Source of the DNA: Acidimicrobiaceae bacterium
GTDB taxonomy: Bacteria; Actinomycetota; Acidimicrobiia; Acidimicrobiales; RAAP-2
DNA: 64,000 bases
Reading direction: 5' to 3'
Assembly: GCA_003133665.1 (NCBI GenBank)
Contig: PKYK01000033.1
Span: forward strand, 5,146-69,145
Every line of letters begins with the position of its first letter. The stretch's first letter is position 1. Below the pieces are notes generated by a model. It did no database searches. It was given only the letters and a program-made list of their open reading frames with translations, and was not told where the DNA came from. The position numbers and the translations under genes were made by a program. This document shows, in pieces, positions 9,702 through 19,095 of this stretch.

Positions 9702-10354
9702 CAGTGCGTCAGTCCGGCCAACTTCACGTAGCTGTGCGCCTTGTGACGGATGTTGATCGAGATGCACACTGCGGTGAACGCCTCGATGGCGCCGGCGAGC
9801 GAGAGCGACCCCGCCACGACGCCCCGCAGTCCGGGCATCTCGTTGACGATGCCCGCGACGGACTCTCGCGCCGCGTCATCATCGGCGAAAATCACGACGT
9901 CGGCGTTAAGACCGCTGTCGAGGTCCTCCATCTGCGCGGCGGGCAGATGGTGGAACGCCCCCACGATCGTGCTCGCCGGAAGCGCGAAGGCGATCTGCGC
10001 CGCCATCGATCCTCGGGGGGGGTACAGGGGGACGAGTTCACGTCCCTCGCGCGCGAGCGCGTTCACCATCGAGATGACCGTCTTGCCCGCGAGCTGCGTG
10101 CGAAGGGCGCTCACCGTCGCCACGGCCGAGTCCCACGGGGTCGCGACCACGACCAGATCGCAGTTCGCGGCCTCTTCGTTCGTCGCGCCCCGGACGGTAC
10201 CCTGTCCGCGCGGTGCGATTCCCGCGGCGACCGTGGCGGCGCGATCGCCGTCACGCGAACCCAGCACCACGCTGTAACCGGCGCTCGCGAGTCGCACTGC
10301 CACACCGCGACCCGCAGGTCCGGTTCCTCCGAGAATGCCCACTGTTCCCATCAT
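9701..10354 (-). CDS. npdG: NADPH-dependent F420 reductase
   Basis: GILGGTGPAG, LGSR, VGAFHHL and ISINIRHK motifs; start moved to MMGTVG. Confidence 0.85.
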   Translation of the reverse strand: MMGTVGILGGTGPAGRGVAVRLASAGYSVVLGSRDGDRAATVAAGIAPRGQGTVRGATNEEAANCDLVVVATPWDSAVATVSALRTQLAGKTVISMVNALAREGRELVPLYPPRGSMAAQIAFALPASTIVGAFHHLPAAQMEDLDSGLNADVVIFADDDAARESVAGIVNEMPGLRGVVAGSLSLAGAIEAFTAVCISINIRHKAHSYVKLAGLTH

Positions 10355-10394
10355 CGTCCTCATTGAAATAGATGTCGAGAAGTACGCTAACAAG

Positions 10395-11174
10395 ATGGGA
10401 CTACTGACGAATCATCGAATCCTGATTACCGGCGTCTTGACCGATGACTCGCTGGCGTTCGGCATCGCTAAGCGGGCGCTCGAAGAAGGCGCGACCATCG
10501 CCCTTTCGGGTGCGGGTCGAGGCACGTCGATTACGAGGCGCACCGCCCGCAAGCTCGGTGATGTGGGGGAAATCATTGAACTCGACGTCACCGATCCCGC
10601 TCAGATCGCCGAGGCCGCGATCGAGTTGGACCGGCGCTTTGGCCGCCTCGATGGACTGGTGCACGCCATTGGCTACGCCCCGCAGACCTGCCTCGGCAGT
10701 GGCATGTTCGTCGCGCCCTTCGAGGACGTCGCCATCGCCATGCAAATCTCGACCTACTCACTGGCCGCACTCGTGGGCGCGTTTCGCCCCCTCCTACAGA
10801 AGAGCGAGGCCAGCGGCGGCGCTTCGGTTGTCTCCCTTGACTTCGACGGTTCGAGGGCCTATCCCAAGTACGACTGGATGGGCGTGATGAAGGCCGGGCT
10901 CGAGTCTCTGGGCCGCTACCTCGCGCGCGAGGTCGGTCCCGACAAGATCCGCGTCAACATGTTGGCCGCCGGCCCGATTCGAACGGTTGCGGCCAAGTCG
11001 ATTCCGGGCTTCGCGCTCTTCGAGGACACGTGGGCCGAACGGGCGCCGCTCGGCTGGGACGTGTACGACTCGAGTGCGGTCGCCGACACCGCCATCGCTC
11101 TCCTGTCGCCGCTGTTTCGCGGCACCACCGCGTCGGTGATCCACGTCGACGGCGGCGCTCACGCGATGGGTTAG
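10395..11174 (+). CDS. fabI: Enoyl-ACP reductase (FabI/InhA)
   Basis: ITGVLTDDSLAF, HAIGYAP, YDWMGVMKAGLES and AAGPIRT motifs. Start at ATG 10395, 6 nt after TACGCT. Confidence 0.93.
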   Translation: MGLLTNHRILITGVLTDDSLAFGIAKRALEEGATIALSGAGRGTSITRRTARKLGDVGEIIELDVTDPAQIAEAAIELDRRFGRLDGLVHAIGYAPQTCLGSGMFVAPFEDVAIAMQISTYSLAALVGAFRPLLQKSEASGGASVVSLDFDGSRAYPKYDWMGVMKAGLESLGRYLAREVGPDKIRVNMLAAGPIRTVAAKSIPGFALFEDTWAERAPLGWDVYDSSAVADTAIALLSPLFRGTTASVIHVDGGAHAMG

Positions 11175-13060
11175 CGTTCCTGCTGGGCGAACTGCGTCTC
11201 GTACAGATCGCGATACAGCCCGCCGGCCGCGAGCAGTTCCGCGTGCGATCCACGCTGGACGATGGTGCCTTCGTCCACGACCAGAATCTGGTCGGCGTTG
11301 CGGATCGTGGAGAGCCGGTGCGCAATGACGAGCGACGTCCTCGACGACATCGTCTCGTCGAGGGCACGCTGCACGGCGGCCTCGCTCTCCGCGTCGAGGT
11401 GGGCCGTCGCCTCATCGAGCACGACGAGGCGCGGCGACTTCAACAGAAGCCGGGCCAGAGCGACGCGCTGCTTCTCACCGCCCGAGAGCCGGTAGCCCCG
11501 CTCCCCCACCACAGTGTCGAGGCCGAGCGGCAACGACGCGACCAGGCTCCAGATCTGCGCGGCGCGCAGCGCCGTCTCGATGTCTTCGTTGGTCGCGTCG
11601 GGCTTGGCGAAGGCCAGATTGGCCCGCAGGGTGTCGTGAAAGAGATGGGGATCCTGGGTGACCACCCCCACCGTGGCGCTGAGCGACGTCCGCGTCGCCT
11701 CGCGGACATCCACGCCGTTGATGCTCACCTCGCCGGCGTCCACGTCGTAGAGACGCGACACCAACAACGAGATCGTGGTCTTGCCCGCACCGCTCGGACC
11801 GACGAGGGCCGTCATCGTTCCGGGCTTCACCGTGAAAGAGACGTCGTGCAACACCGCAGTGCGCGGCGTGTCGTCGAGGGTGGCGACCGCCTCGAGTGAC
11901 GCCAGTGAGACCTCCTCCGCGCCGGGGTAGGAGAAGGCGACGTGATCGAAACGCAGGTCGGCGGGGCCCTCGGGTATTGGCCGCGCCGCCGCGCTCTCTT
12001 TGATCATCGGTTCGAGGTCCAGCACTTCGAAGAGCCGCTCGAAACTGACCATCGCCGACATGTAGTCGATGTTGAGACTCGACAGCTGGGTGAGAGGCCC
12101 GTAGAGACGCGTCAGGTAGGCCGTCAGGGCGACCACCGTGCCCACCCCAAGCGTCCCGCGCACGACCTGCACGCCGCCGAAGCCGTAGGCGAAGGCGGTG
12201 GCGAGCGAAGCGGTGAGCGAGAGCGCGACGATGAAGAATCGCTGGTACGTGGCCTGGCGCACCCCCATGTCGCGCACCTGTCCCGCCCGGTTCTCAAAGG
12301 TGCGGAGTTCGTCCATCGGACGACCGAAGAGCTTCACGACCATCGCGCCCGCGACGTTGAATCGCTCGCTCATCACCATGTTCATCTCGGCGTTGAGTTC
12401 CATACCGCGTTGGAACAGCGTCCCGAGTCTTCGCCCCACGTAGCGCGCCGGCAACAAGAACACCGGCAACAGCACGAGCGCCACCAGGGTGATCTGCCAA
12501 CTGAGGATGAACATGGTTCCGAGGATCAGCACCACCAGGATGACGTTGCCCACCACGTTGGAGAAGAGATCGGTGAATGCCTGTTGGGCACCGACGACGT
12601 CGTTGTTCAATCGACTGATCAGCGCCCCGGTCTGGGTGCGGGAGAAGAACGCGATAGGCATCTCCTGGATGTGGCTGTAGACCTTGGCCCGCAGGTCGTA
12701 GATCAGGCCCTCGCCAATCACCGCGGAGATCCGCCGTTCGAAGAGTGAGAGCACCGCGGCGATGATCGCGAGACCGGCGGTCAGCGCCGCGAGCCCGACG
12801 ATGAGACCCTCGCGATGGAACTTGAATCCGACATCGATGATCTCTCGAAGCACCAGGGGCGAGATGGAACTGACGACGGCGTCCAGCACCACGGCGATGA
12901 GAAAAGTGATGAGAATCGACTTGTAGGGCCTGGCGAAGGTGAGTATCCGAGGCAGCGTGCCCTTCTTGATGCGGTGCTCGAGAAGGGCACGGTCGCGTCG
13001 AAGGGAACGACTCGCGAGACGCGCGCCGCCCGCTCCCCCTCCATGCATGCTCATGAACAC
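11171..13060 (-). CDS. ABC exporter, fused permease and ATPase
   Basis: TM domain plus GPSGAGKT, LSGGEKQR, LDEATAHLD and IAHRLST. Confidence 0.95.
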   Translation of the reverse strand: MFMSMHGGGAGGARLASRSLRRDRALLEHRIKKGTLPRILTFARPYKSILITFLIAVVLDAVVSSISPLVLREIIDVGFKFHREGLIVGLAALTAGLAIIAAVLSLFERRISAVIGEGLIYDLRAKVYSHIQEMPIAFFSRTQTGALISRLNNDVVGAQQAFTDLFSNVVGNVILVVLILGTMFILSWQITLVALVLLPVFLLPARYVGRRLGTLFQRGMELNAEMNMVMSERFNVAGAMVVKLFGRPMDELRTFENRAGQVRDMGVRQATYQRFFIVALSLTASLATAFAYGFGGVQVVRGTLGVGTVVALTAYLTRLYGPLTQLSSLNIDYMSAMVSFERLFEVLDLEPMIKESAAARPIPEGPADLRFDHVAFSYPGAEEVSLASLEAVATLDDTPRTAVLHDVSFTVKPGTMTALVGPSGAGKTTISLLVSRLYDVDAGEVSINGVDVREATRTSLSATVGVVTQDPHLFHDTLRANLAFAKPDATNEDIETALRAAQIWSLVASLPLGLDTVVGERGYRLSGGEKQRVALARLLLKSPRLVVLDEATAHLDAESEAAVQRALDETMSSRTSLVIAHRLSTIRNADQILVVDEGTIVQRGSHAELLAAGGLYRDLYETQFAQQER

Positions 13061-13647
13061 TCCTCCGCCAAGAGCAGTGTAGGAAGCAGCGAGGCCCCGT
13101 GGAGCGACGGCCGACTACCCCTCTCTTCGAGCGTTCGTTTCATCTCCGCCAGCGCGGTCTGGAAACCCACCCGAGCGACCTCACGTGCGTCGGACCGGTT
13201 TGACGACGTTGGCGTTACGACGAACGTGCGCTCATTCACCTCGTTCTCGAGTCGTTCGCCCCGGACGCGGTACACCACGCTTCGGATCATCGTCACGATC
13301 CGGATGATGCCGTCTTGGTCCCCAGTCTCGATACGCCAATTCGGCGATGGACCCGGCGCAGGTTCGCACCAGCCCATCGACCGCAGGGCTGCTTCGTCTT
13401 GATCGCCGAGGGCGACGCCCTCGAAGATACTGATATTCGACACCACCTCGGCAAGAACCTTGCCGTCGGGCTCGACCCAGAACTGGACGTAACGGCCGTC
13501 CGCGAAACCAATGATTGCCACGAGACAACGGGAATCGAGGGCCATCGCTCCGAGCATCTCGGGAAGATACGCAATGAACGAGTCGACCGTGGAGACGACC
13601 CGGTTGCTTCTCCGGTCAGGTGAACTCTCCCCATGCACCCACCGCAC
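13051..13647 (-). CDS. Hypothetical protein, TY-Chap (T3SS chaperone/YbjN-like) domain
   Basis: RYVQF...LAEVVSN...ALRSMGWCEP...PNW pattern recalled for the TY-Chap family; start uncertain. Confidence 0.55.
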   Translation of the reverse strand: MRWVHGESSPDRRSNRVVSTVDSFIAYLPEMLGAMALDSRCLVAIIGFADGRYVQFWVEPDGKVLAEVVSNISIFEGVALGDQDEAALRSMGWCEPAPGPSPNWRIETGDQDGIIRIVTMIRSVVYRVRGERLENEVNERTFVVTPTSSNRSDAREVARVGFQTALAEMKRTLEERGSRPSLHGASLLPTLLLAEECS

Positions 13648-13662
13648 GAAGGGGCTGCGACA

Positions 13663-14304
13663 CTACGACGTGAGTGCGCTCGCCACTATCAGGAGTCCCA
13701 GGGTCACCATCACACAGCCACCGATGGCGCGCAGCACCACGAGGCGAGACGGTGAACCCGAGAGCCACTCACGGGCCGTTCCCGCTATCAAGCCCCACGT
13801 GCCGTCGCTGAGAAACGCCATCACGCTGAAGATCCCACCGAAGATCAGCAGTTGCACCGTGACGTTGCCCTCGGCGCGATCGACGAAGTGGGGAAAGACC
13901 GCCGCGAAGAACACGAGCGACTTGGGGTTCAAGACGCCCACCGTGAATCCCTGACGCACGATGTGAAGGTTGGAGGGTCGATCGGCCTCGCGCTGGGTCA
14001 TGGCCCTGGCGTGCGCGTGGCGGTGACGGAGGGCTTCGATGCCCAACCACAGCAGGTAGGCGCCACCGGCGAGCTGAAGGACCACCGAGAAGGTCTTCGA
14101 GCGCGAAAGCAGCGGCCCGAGACCCAGGGCGACCACGATCGAGAGCAAGAGCGTTCCGACGGAGTTGCCGAGCACGGTGAGCACCGCGACGGCGCGTCCC
14201 CACGCAACCCCCCGGGCCAACGTGAACAGCACGCTGGGACCGGGCACCATGATGATGGCGATGGACGCCGCGAAGAACGTGGCCAGCTGTCCCCCGCTGA
14301 TCAT
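13663..14304 (-). CDS. LysE/RhtB family translocator
   Basis: MVPGPSVLF, GGAYLLWLG and LNPKSLVFF motifs; ATG 14304 overlaps the upstream stop. Confidence 0.93.
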   Translation of the reverse strand: MISGGQLATFFAASIAIIMVPGPSVLFTLARGVAWGRAVAVLTVLGNSVGTLLLSIVVALGLGPLLSRSKTFSVVLQLAGGAYLLWLGIEALRHRHAHARAMTQREADRPSNLHIVRQGFTVGVLNPKSLVFFAAVFPHFVDRAEGNVTVQLLIFGGIFSVMAFLSDGTWGLIAGTAREWLSGSPSRLVVLRAIGGCVMVTLGLLIVASALTS

Positions 14305-14951
14305 CGCTCGACCACCCGAACCAGTCGATCCACCACCTGAAGGTTGGCACCGATGCTGAAGCCAATGGTGGCAGCGAAGAACGCCGTGCCGATGCCGACC
14401 GTTCCTCCGAGCAACCACCCCGCGACGAGCACCATCACTTCCAGGGTCAGGCGAACGTAGACCACGCTCACGCCAAGGTGCCGGTGAAGACTCGTCATCA
14501 GTCCATCACGCGGACCGGGTCCGAGGCCGGTCGTCAAGTAGAGCGAACTGCCAATCCCGATCGCGACCACCGCGCCAACCACGAAGAGCGCCTTCACCAC
14601 GGTGGTCGACGGAACGGACACGATGTTGGTCGTCATGTCGAGCACGTAGGCGATGATGACCAGATTCGCGATGGTGCCGAACCCCGGTCGCTCCCGCAGT
14701 GGAAACCACGCGAGCAGCACCACGCAACTGATAACCGCGGTGGCCCATCCCAGCGAGATGTGGGCGTGCAGCATGATTCCCTCGGCGAACACCGTCCAGG
14801 GAGTTGCGCCCCAACGCGACTGGACGAGAAGACCCTCGCCGATGCCGAAGAGGGTCAGGCCGATCGCGAGTGGCGCGACCATCCGCGGACGAAAGGCCCA
14901 CGTTGTCGACGCCCGCCAGGGCGTGACCGGGATCTTGTGGCTTAGTCTCAT
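14301..14951 (-). CDS. YczE/YitT family membrane protein
   Basis: GATPWTVF, ERPGFGT, LGPGPRDGLM and LGGTVGIGT motifs. Confidence 0.88.
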   Translation of the reverse strand: MRLSHKIPVTPWRASTTWAFRPRMVAPLAIGLTLFGIGEGLLVQSRWGATPWTVFAEGIMLHAHISLGWATAVISCVVLLAWFPLRERPGFGTIANLVIIAYVLDMTTNIVSVPSTTVVKALFVVGAVVAIGIGSSLYLTTGLGPGPRDGLMTSLHRHLGVSVVYVRLTLEVMVLVAGWLLGGTVGIGTAFFAATIGFSIGANLQVVDRLVRVVER

Positions 14952-15046
14952 GACCCCAGTAACGCTAGTTGCAGCGACTTGGCACGACGAGCGGGGCCGT
15001 CCGCCACGCGACGGAGTCACTCACCGAGATGTCGACCTTCGTGCCC

Positions 15047-16144
15047 TCAGGCGACAGAGGCGACCCGGTTCGCGAGGAACTCACGCCCGTCCGCGTAGGT
15101 CATCCACCGACCCGCCTCGAAGTCGTACAGCTTGCAGGCCTTGGTGCTCCGGCGAAAATCTCCGAACCGCCACGGAGCGTCGTGCACGACATTGGGGAAG
15201 GCCTTTTCGATTGCCTTCGCCGCCATCTCGAGGTTGTACATCGGGATGCGCATATCCACGTGATGGGGAGTGTGGATCATGATCCAGTGGAAGAAGAAAT
15301 TCAGCCCCTTGGGCACGCGCAGGACCGTCGTGCCCTCCATCTGGCCCTTGAACTTCGTCCACTCGCCACGCTTCCACCAGCGGATGTCGGTCTGCACGTG
15401 GTGCACGTGCACGACCGAACCGATCATGATGCAGAATCCAACGAACGGAATGATCTCCACGCGACCGACCAGCCAGAGGGCGCCGAGCACGGAGTGCGTT
15501 CGGGCGTAGCCGAGGATCCCAAAACCAACGGCCATGAGCAAGACGAATGAACCGGTGAAGATGCGGTCTTGACGGATGGACTTCACCCATCGCGCTGGCG
15601 GCTTGAAGGCGATCATCTTGTGCCACCAGACTTCGATCAGGTAGTACGCGCCGGTGCCCATCCACGACCACTCGATTCGATGCATCAACTTCGAGTTCCA
15701 GCTCTTGGCGGCGTACTCCTCGGCGGTGACCGGGTGCCACACGAAGTCGTAGCCCTGTCGAACGGTGAAGGCGTGATGAATCCGGTTGTGACCCAAGACC
15801 CACGCCTCGTAGACGTGCCACGAGGGAAGCATCGCCAGTTTCCCGATGACTGCGTTCTTGCGCTTGGAGTTGAAGAGCGCCCCGTGGGCGGAGTCGTGCG
15901 CGACGACGAACAGCCCCGTGACCGCAAGGATCGTCAGGATCTCGATCGGCAACACCAGCAACGGGTTCGTCACGAAGACGAGCAGTGTGATGACCCCTAC
16001 GTAGATAGCCAGATCGCGAAAGAAGTAACTGAGGCCCCGCCACGTCGGGTTGTTGTACGCGGCCTCGGGAATCGCGTCGATAACCGGCTTCAGCGAACCT
16101 TCTCGTTCCAACTTCTTGAGGTCTACGACCGAACTGTCCGTCAT
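15047..16144 (-). CDS. Membrane fatty acid desaturase (Delta-12/omega-6-like)
   Basis: Three His boxes HDSAH, HNRIHH and HTPHH, plus IPMYNL. Confidence 0.9.
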   Translation of the reverse strand: MTDSSVVDLKKLEREGSLKPVIDAIPEAAYNNPTWRGLSYFFRDLAIYVGVITLLVFVTNPLLVLPIEILTILAVTGLFVVAHDSAHGALFNSKRKNAVIGKLAMLPSWHVYEAWVLGHNRIHHAFTVRQGYDFVWHPVTAEEYAAKSWNSKLMHRIEWSWMGTGAYYLIEVWWHKMIAFKPPARWVKSIRQDRIFTGSFVLLMAVGFGILGYARTHSVLGALWLVGRVEIIPFVGFCIMIGSVVHVHHVQTDIRWWKRGEWTKFKGQMEGTTVLRVPKGLNFFFHWIMIHTPHHVDMRIPMYNLEMAAKAIEKAFPNVVHDAPWRFGDFRRSTKACKLYDFEAGRWMTYADGREFLANRVASVA

Positions 16145-16418
16145 AAGACTCCCTTGCTCACCACCCCTAACTTACGCCCTTCACCCTTAATCGCACGACA
16201 AATTGTCCTTCGCCATGAAAACAGCGGTCTCGAGCATTTCGTCAACTGCTCAATTTGCCAGCGATGGACCGGATTTGCGAGATGACGCGAGACGACGCCG
16301 ACGCCCACGCTGCAACACCGGCGCAGCATCCTTCGTCCCAGACCTTTCACACCCAAACAGACTCCGCATGCCACACGCAACCAAATCGCCGGTCTGGCTG
16401 TCGCGAGGCTGGCGGGTT

Positions 16419-17183
16419 CTAGGACGGGGCTTCGCCGGCCTTCATGACAGTGACGAAAGTACCCATGACCGGCTCCACGACCACCGTGATTGCGCTGCCG
16501 GGCACCGGCATCTCCTCCAAGACAACCGTGCCACCCATTTCGGAGACGAGGTCGCGAATCCGCTGGAGCGAATCGGCGACATAGATGGGGTTCCACTGCG
16601 ATGGACGATCCTCTAGCTGATCGTACGAAATACTGGCGAACCACTGGTCTCCGGCCTGCAGTATCTTCATCCCCGGTTCAGGTTCGATGACGGGGTGACC
16701 GGTGAGTCCGCTGTAGTAGCTGGCCGCGAGATCGGGATCCTTGGACACGTGGTCGAACCAGCCCGGCGAATTCGCTTCGTAGACAACACCGAAACCAGCG
16801 AATGATTTCGGCTGCCAGAGACCGTGCACGGCGCCCGTGGGGTCGAGCGCCAGCGACATCGATCCCAGATCCATCACCTGCATAGGCGGCATGAAAACGT
16901 TGCCACCGAGCTCGGTCGCCTTCTTCGCGGAGGCCTCGATGTCATCGGTCGAGAAATAGGTGACCATGTGCCCTTCGCCGGCGGGGCTCTGGCCGAGCCC
17001 CATCACCGGCCGCCCCGCGTGTTGAGCGATCGAGTAGAAACCAATCTCTTCGGCCCCCACGTCCCAGGTCCATTCGAAGAGCGACGAGTAGAACGACATC
17101 AACCGCTCGCGCTGCTCGGAGGTCTTTACCATGACGTCAATCCAAACGGGCATTCCAGACGGGTGAGAGTCAAGCAGCGGCAT
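16419..17183 (-). CDS. VOC/glyoxalase family protein (Cfp32-like, two domains)
   Basis: GMPVWID, FYSSLFEW, LGGNVFMPPMQV and DPTGAVHGLWQ motifs. Confidence 0.88.
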   Translation of the reverse strand: MPLLDSHPSGMPVWIDVMVKTSEQRERLMSFYSSLFEWTWDVGAEEIGFYSIAQHAGRPVMGLGQSPAGEGHMVTYFSTDDIEASAKKATELGGNVFMPPMQVMDLGSMSLALDPTGAVHGLWQPKSFAGFGVVYEANSPGWFDHVSKDPDLAASYYSGLTGHPVIEPEPGMKILQAGDQWFASISYDQLEDRPSQWNPIYVADSLQRIRDLVSEMGGTVVLEEMPVPGSAITVVVEPVMGTFVTVMKAGEAPS

Positions 17184-17219
17184 CCCCGCAGTATTCCACC
17201 TGAGGCGACAGATTTCACG

Positions 17220-17383
17220 AGGTTTTTCAGTCGAAGCCGGTCGTCACTCAAGACGGAACCGGCCTCGGCAGATTGCGGCATTTCGCTCAGGCGGCCTGGC
17301 CGAGCTCCCCACCAGGCCCTTCGAGAAGGGTTCTTCCATCCACCGGAAGGAAGGTGCTGCGCCTCGAGACCCGACTGGACTCC
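17220..17383 (+). ncRNA. Candidate structured RNA, family unassigned
   Basis: A nested set of seven stems closes the intergenic region, and G-U pairs favour the + strand (see findings). Confidence 0.4.
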
Positions 17384-17424
17384 TTGCCGGCGGCTGATCA
17401 AGAGCGGCCCTGACTCTTTGGTTA

Positions 17425-18849
17425 GTGTCTGATTTCGTGGAGAGCAAACCTTGGTTGTCCGACGCCTGTTCGCTCGTTGATGCATTTCGAGCTGGCACCC
17501 TGACCCCTCTCGAGGCGCTCGAGGCATCGTTGGCGGCGATCGAAGAATCGGACCTCAACGCCTTCTCTCACGTCGACGCCGAGGCGGCCCGAGTCGCTGC
17601 GGCGTCGGCCGACATCTCGAAGCCCTTTGGCGGAGTGCCGATCGGCATCAAGGAGTTGGAGTCGGTCCACGGGTGGCCCGCCACCCAGGCCTCATTGGTC
17701 TTTCGCGACCAGGTCGCCGACAGCGACAGCACCCAGGTAATGCGTCTTCGGGGCGCGGGAGCGGTCCTGACGGGCCAGACCACGGCGTCGGAGTTCGGAG
17801 GGATCAACTGCACCACAACCAAACTCCACGGGACGACCCGAAATCCGTGGAATCGGGAAAAGACGCCGGGGGGTTCATCGGGCGGTTCGGCCGCGGCGGT
17901 CGCCGGTGGCATTCTGCCCATCGCCTCCGGTGGCGACGGTGGCGGCTCAATCCGTATTCCCGCCGGGTTCACCGGCCTTTTCGGCTTGAAGTCAACGTTT
18001 GGTCGAATCCCGAAGGGCCCCCATGCCATGCAGCCTCCGCTCACGGTGGTCGTTGGCTGCGTGACTCGTTCAGTTCGCGACACCGCCCGCTGGTTCGATG
18101 TGTGCAATGGATTCGATTCTCGCGACACCTTGAGCTTGCCTCGAGTCGAAGGATGGGAAGCGGGCCTCGACACCTTTGACTTGGCGGGCAAGCGAGCGGT
18201 GGTCTCGATCGACTTGGGCTCGGCAATCGTCAATCCCGCTCAGACCACGTTGTTGCTCGAGCTCGCCGGACTGCTGATTGCCAAAGCCCATCTGAAGCAG
18301 GTCGACGTGACCGTCCAGATTCCCCACGGCAGCCATGAGTGGGCGATGGCCAACCTGATCGGCCTCGCCGGAGTCCTCGGCGAACGGTATCCGGCCTGCC
18401 ACGACGACTTGACGTCCGAGATTCAACTCGGGATGAGCCTCGCCACGCAGAGTGTCAATCTGGCGACGGCCGGAGCCGCCGAGTTGTTCCGAATTGAGGT
18501 CAACGAATGCGTGGCCGACATCTTCGAACAAACGGATTTCATCTTTGCCGCTACCAACCCTGACGTCGCTTTCGCCGCAACTGGTCCAATGGCGACGACC
18601 GTTGGCCGCGTTGATCTGGTCGCCGAGTACGGATTCGAAAGGGCCCTCGGCAACAACGGGGCACTGACCATTCCCGCCAATCTCACCGGCAACCCCGCGG
18701 TCAGCGTTCCAGCGGGTCTGATCGATGGTCTACCCGTGGGACTTCAGGTCATTGGCCGTCACCATGAGGAGCAACTGCTGCTGGACCTCGCGCGTATTGC
18801 CGAGCGAGAACGTCCATGGCCCTTGGTTGCTCCGTCGCCCTTTTCCTGA
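17425..18849 (+). CDS. Amidase signature family protein
   Basis: GVPIGIKE, TPGGSSGGS and GGDGGGSIRIPA (Lys/Ser/Ser triad). Confidence 0.93.
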   Translation: MSDFVESKPWLSDACSLVDAFRAGTLTPLEALEASLAAIEESDLNAFSHVDAEAARVAAASADISKPFGGVPIGIKELESVHGWPATQASLVFRDQVADSDSTQVMRLRGAGAVLTGQTTASEFGGINCTTTKLHGTTRNPWNREKTPGGSSGGSAAAVAGGILPIASGGDGGGSIRIPAGFTGLFGLKSTFGRIPKGPHAMQPPLTVVVGCVTRSVRDTARWFDVCNGFDSRDTLSLPRVEGWEAGLDTFDLAGKRAVVSIDLGSAIVNPAQTTLLLELAGLLIAKAHLKQVDVTVQIPHGSHEWAMANLIGLAGVLGERYPACHDDLTSEIQLGMSLATQSVNLATAGAAELFRIEVNECVADIFEQTDFIFAATNPDVAFAATGPMATTVGRVDLVAEYGFERALGNNGALTIPANLTGNPAVSVPAGLIDGLPVGLQVIGRHHEEQLLLDLARIAERERPWPLVAPSPFS

Positions 18850-19095
18850 GCCAGCGCAGCGTCCGTCCTCGGGGCGATGTTCGCTCTCTTCGCGGGTCGG
18901 GCTGGGTACCCGAGTGGGCGCTCAGCGTCACGACTCGCGAACTCGCTTCACGGAGGGCCGAGCGCAAGCGGCGAGATTTCACGATGCCGGCGATGAGTCC
19001 AGAATCGTCATTACGGTGTCGAGGGGTTGAACGCGTCGCCCAGCCGCACGACTGGCGGAATCCCCCCCTTTCGGGGGTGCTGTCAGTAGAGTTTT

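Noticed and set aside
17229-17243. AGTCGAAGCCGGTCG resembling a segment of the raiA motif RNA
   Set aside because: The other conserved raiA segments I recall are not present.
17343-17353. CCGGAAGGAAG resembling the SRP RNA domain IV core
   Set aside because: Lacks the upstream CAGG and downstream CAGC needed for the SRP symmetric loop.
17397-17410. ATCAAGAGCGGCC resembling the start of a SAM-I riboswitch
   Set aside because: The kink-turn, GCAACC and GGTGC elements do not follow, and the amidase begins about 15 nt later.
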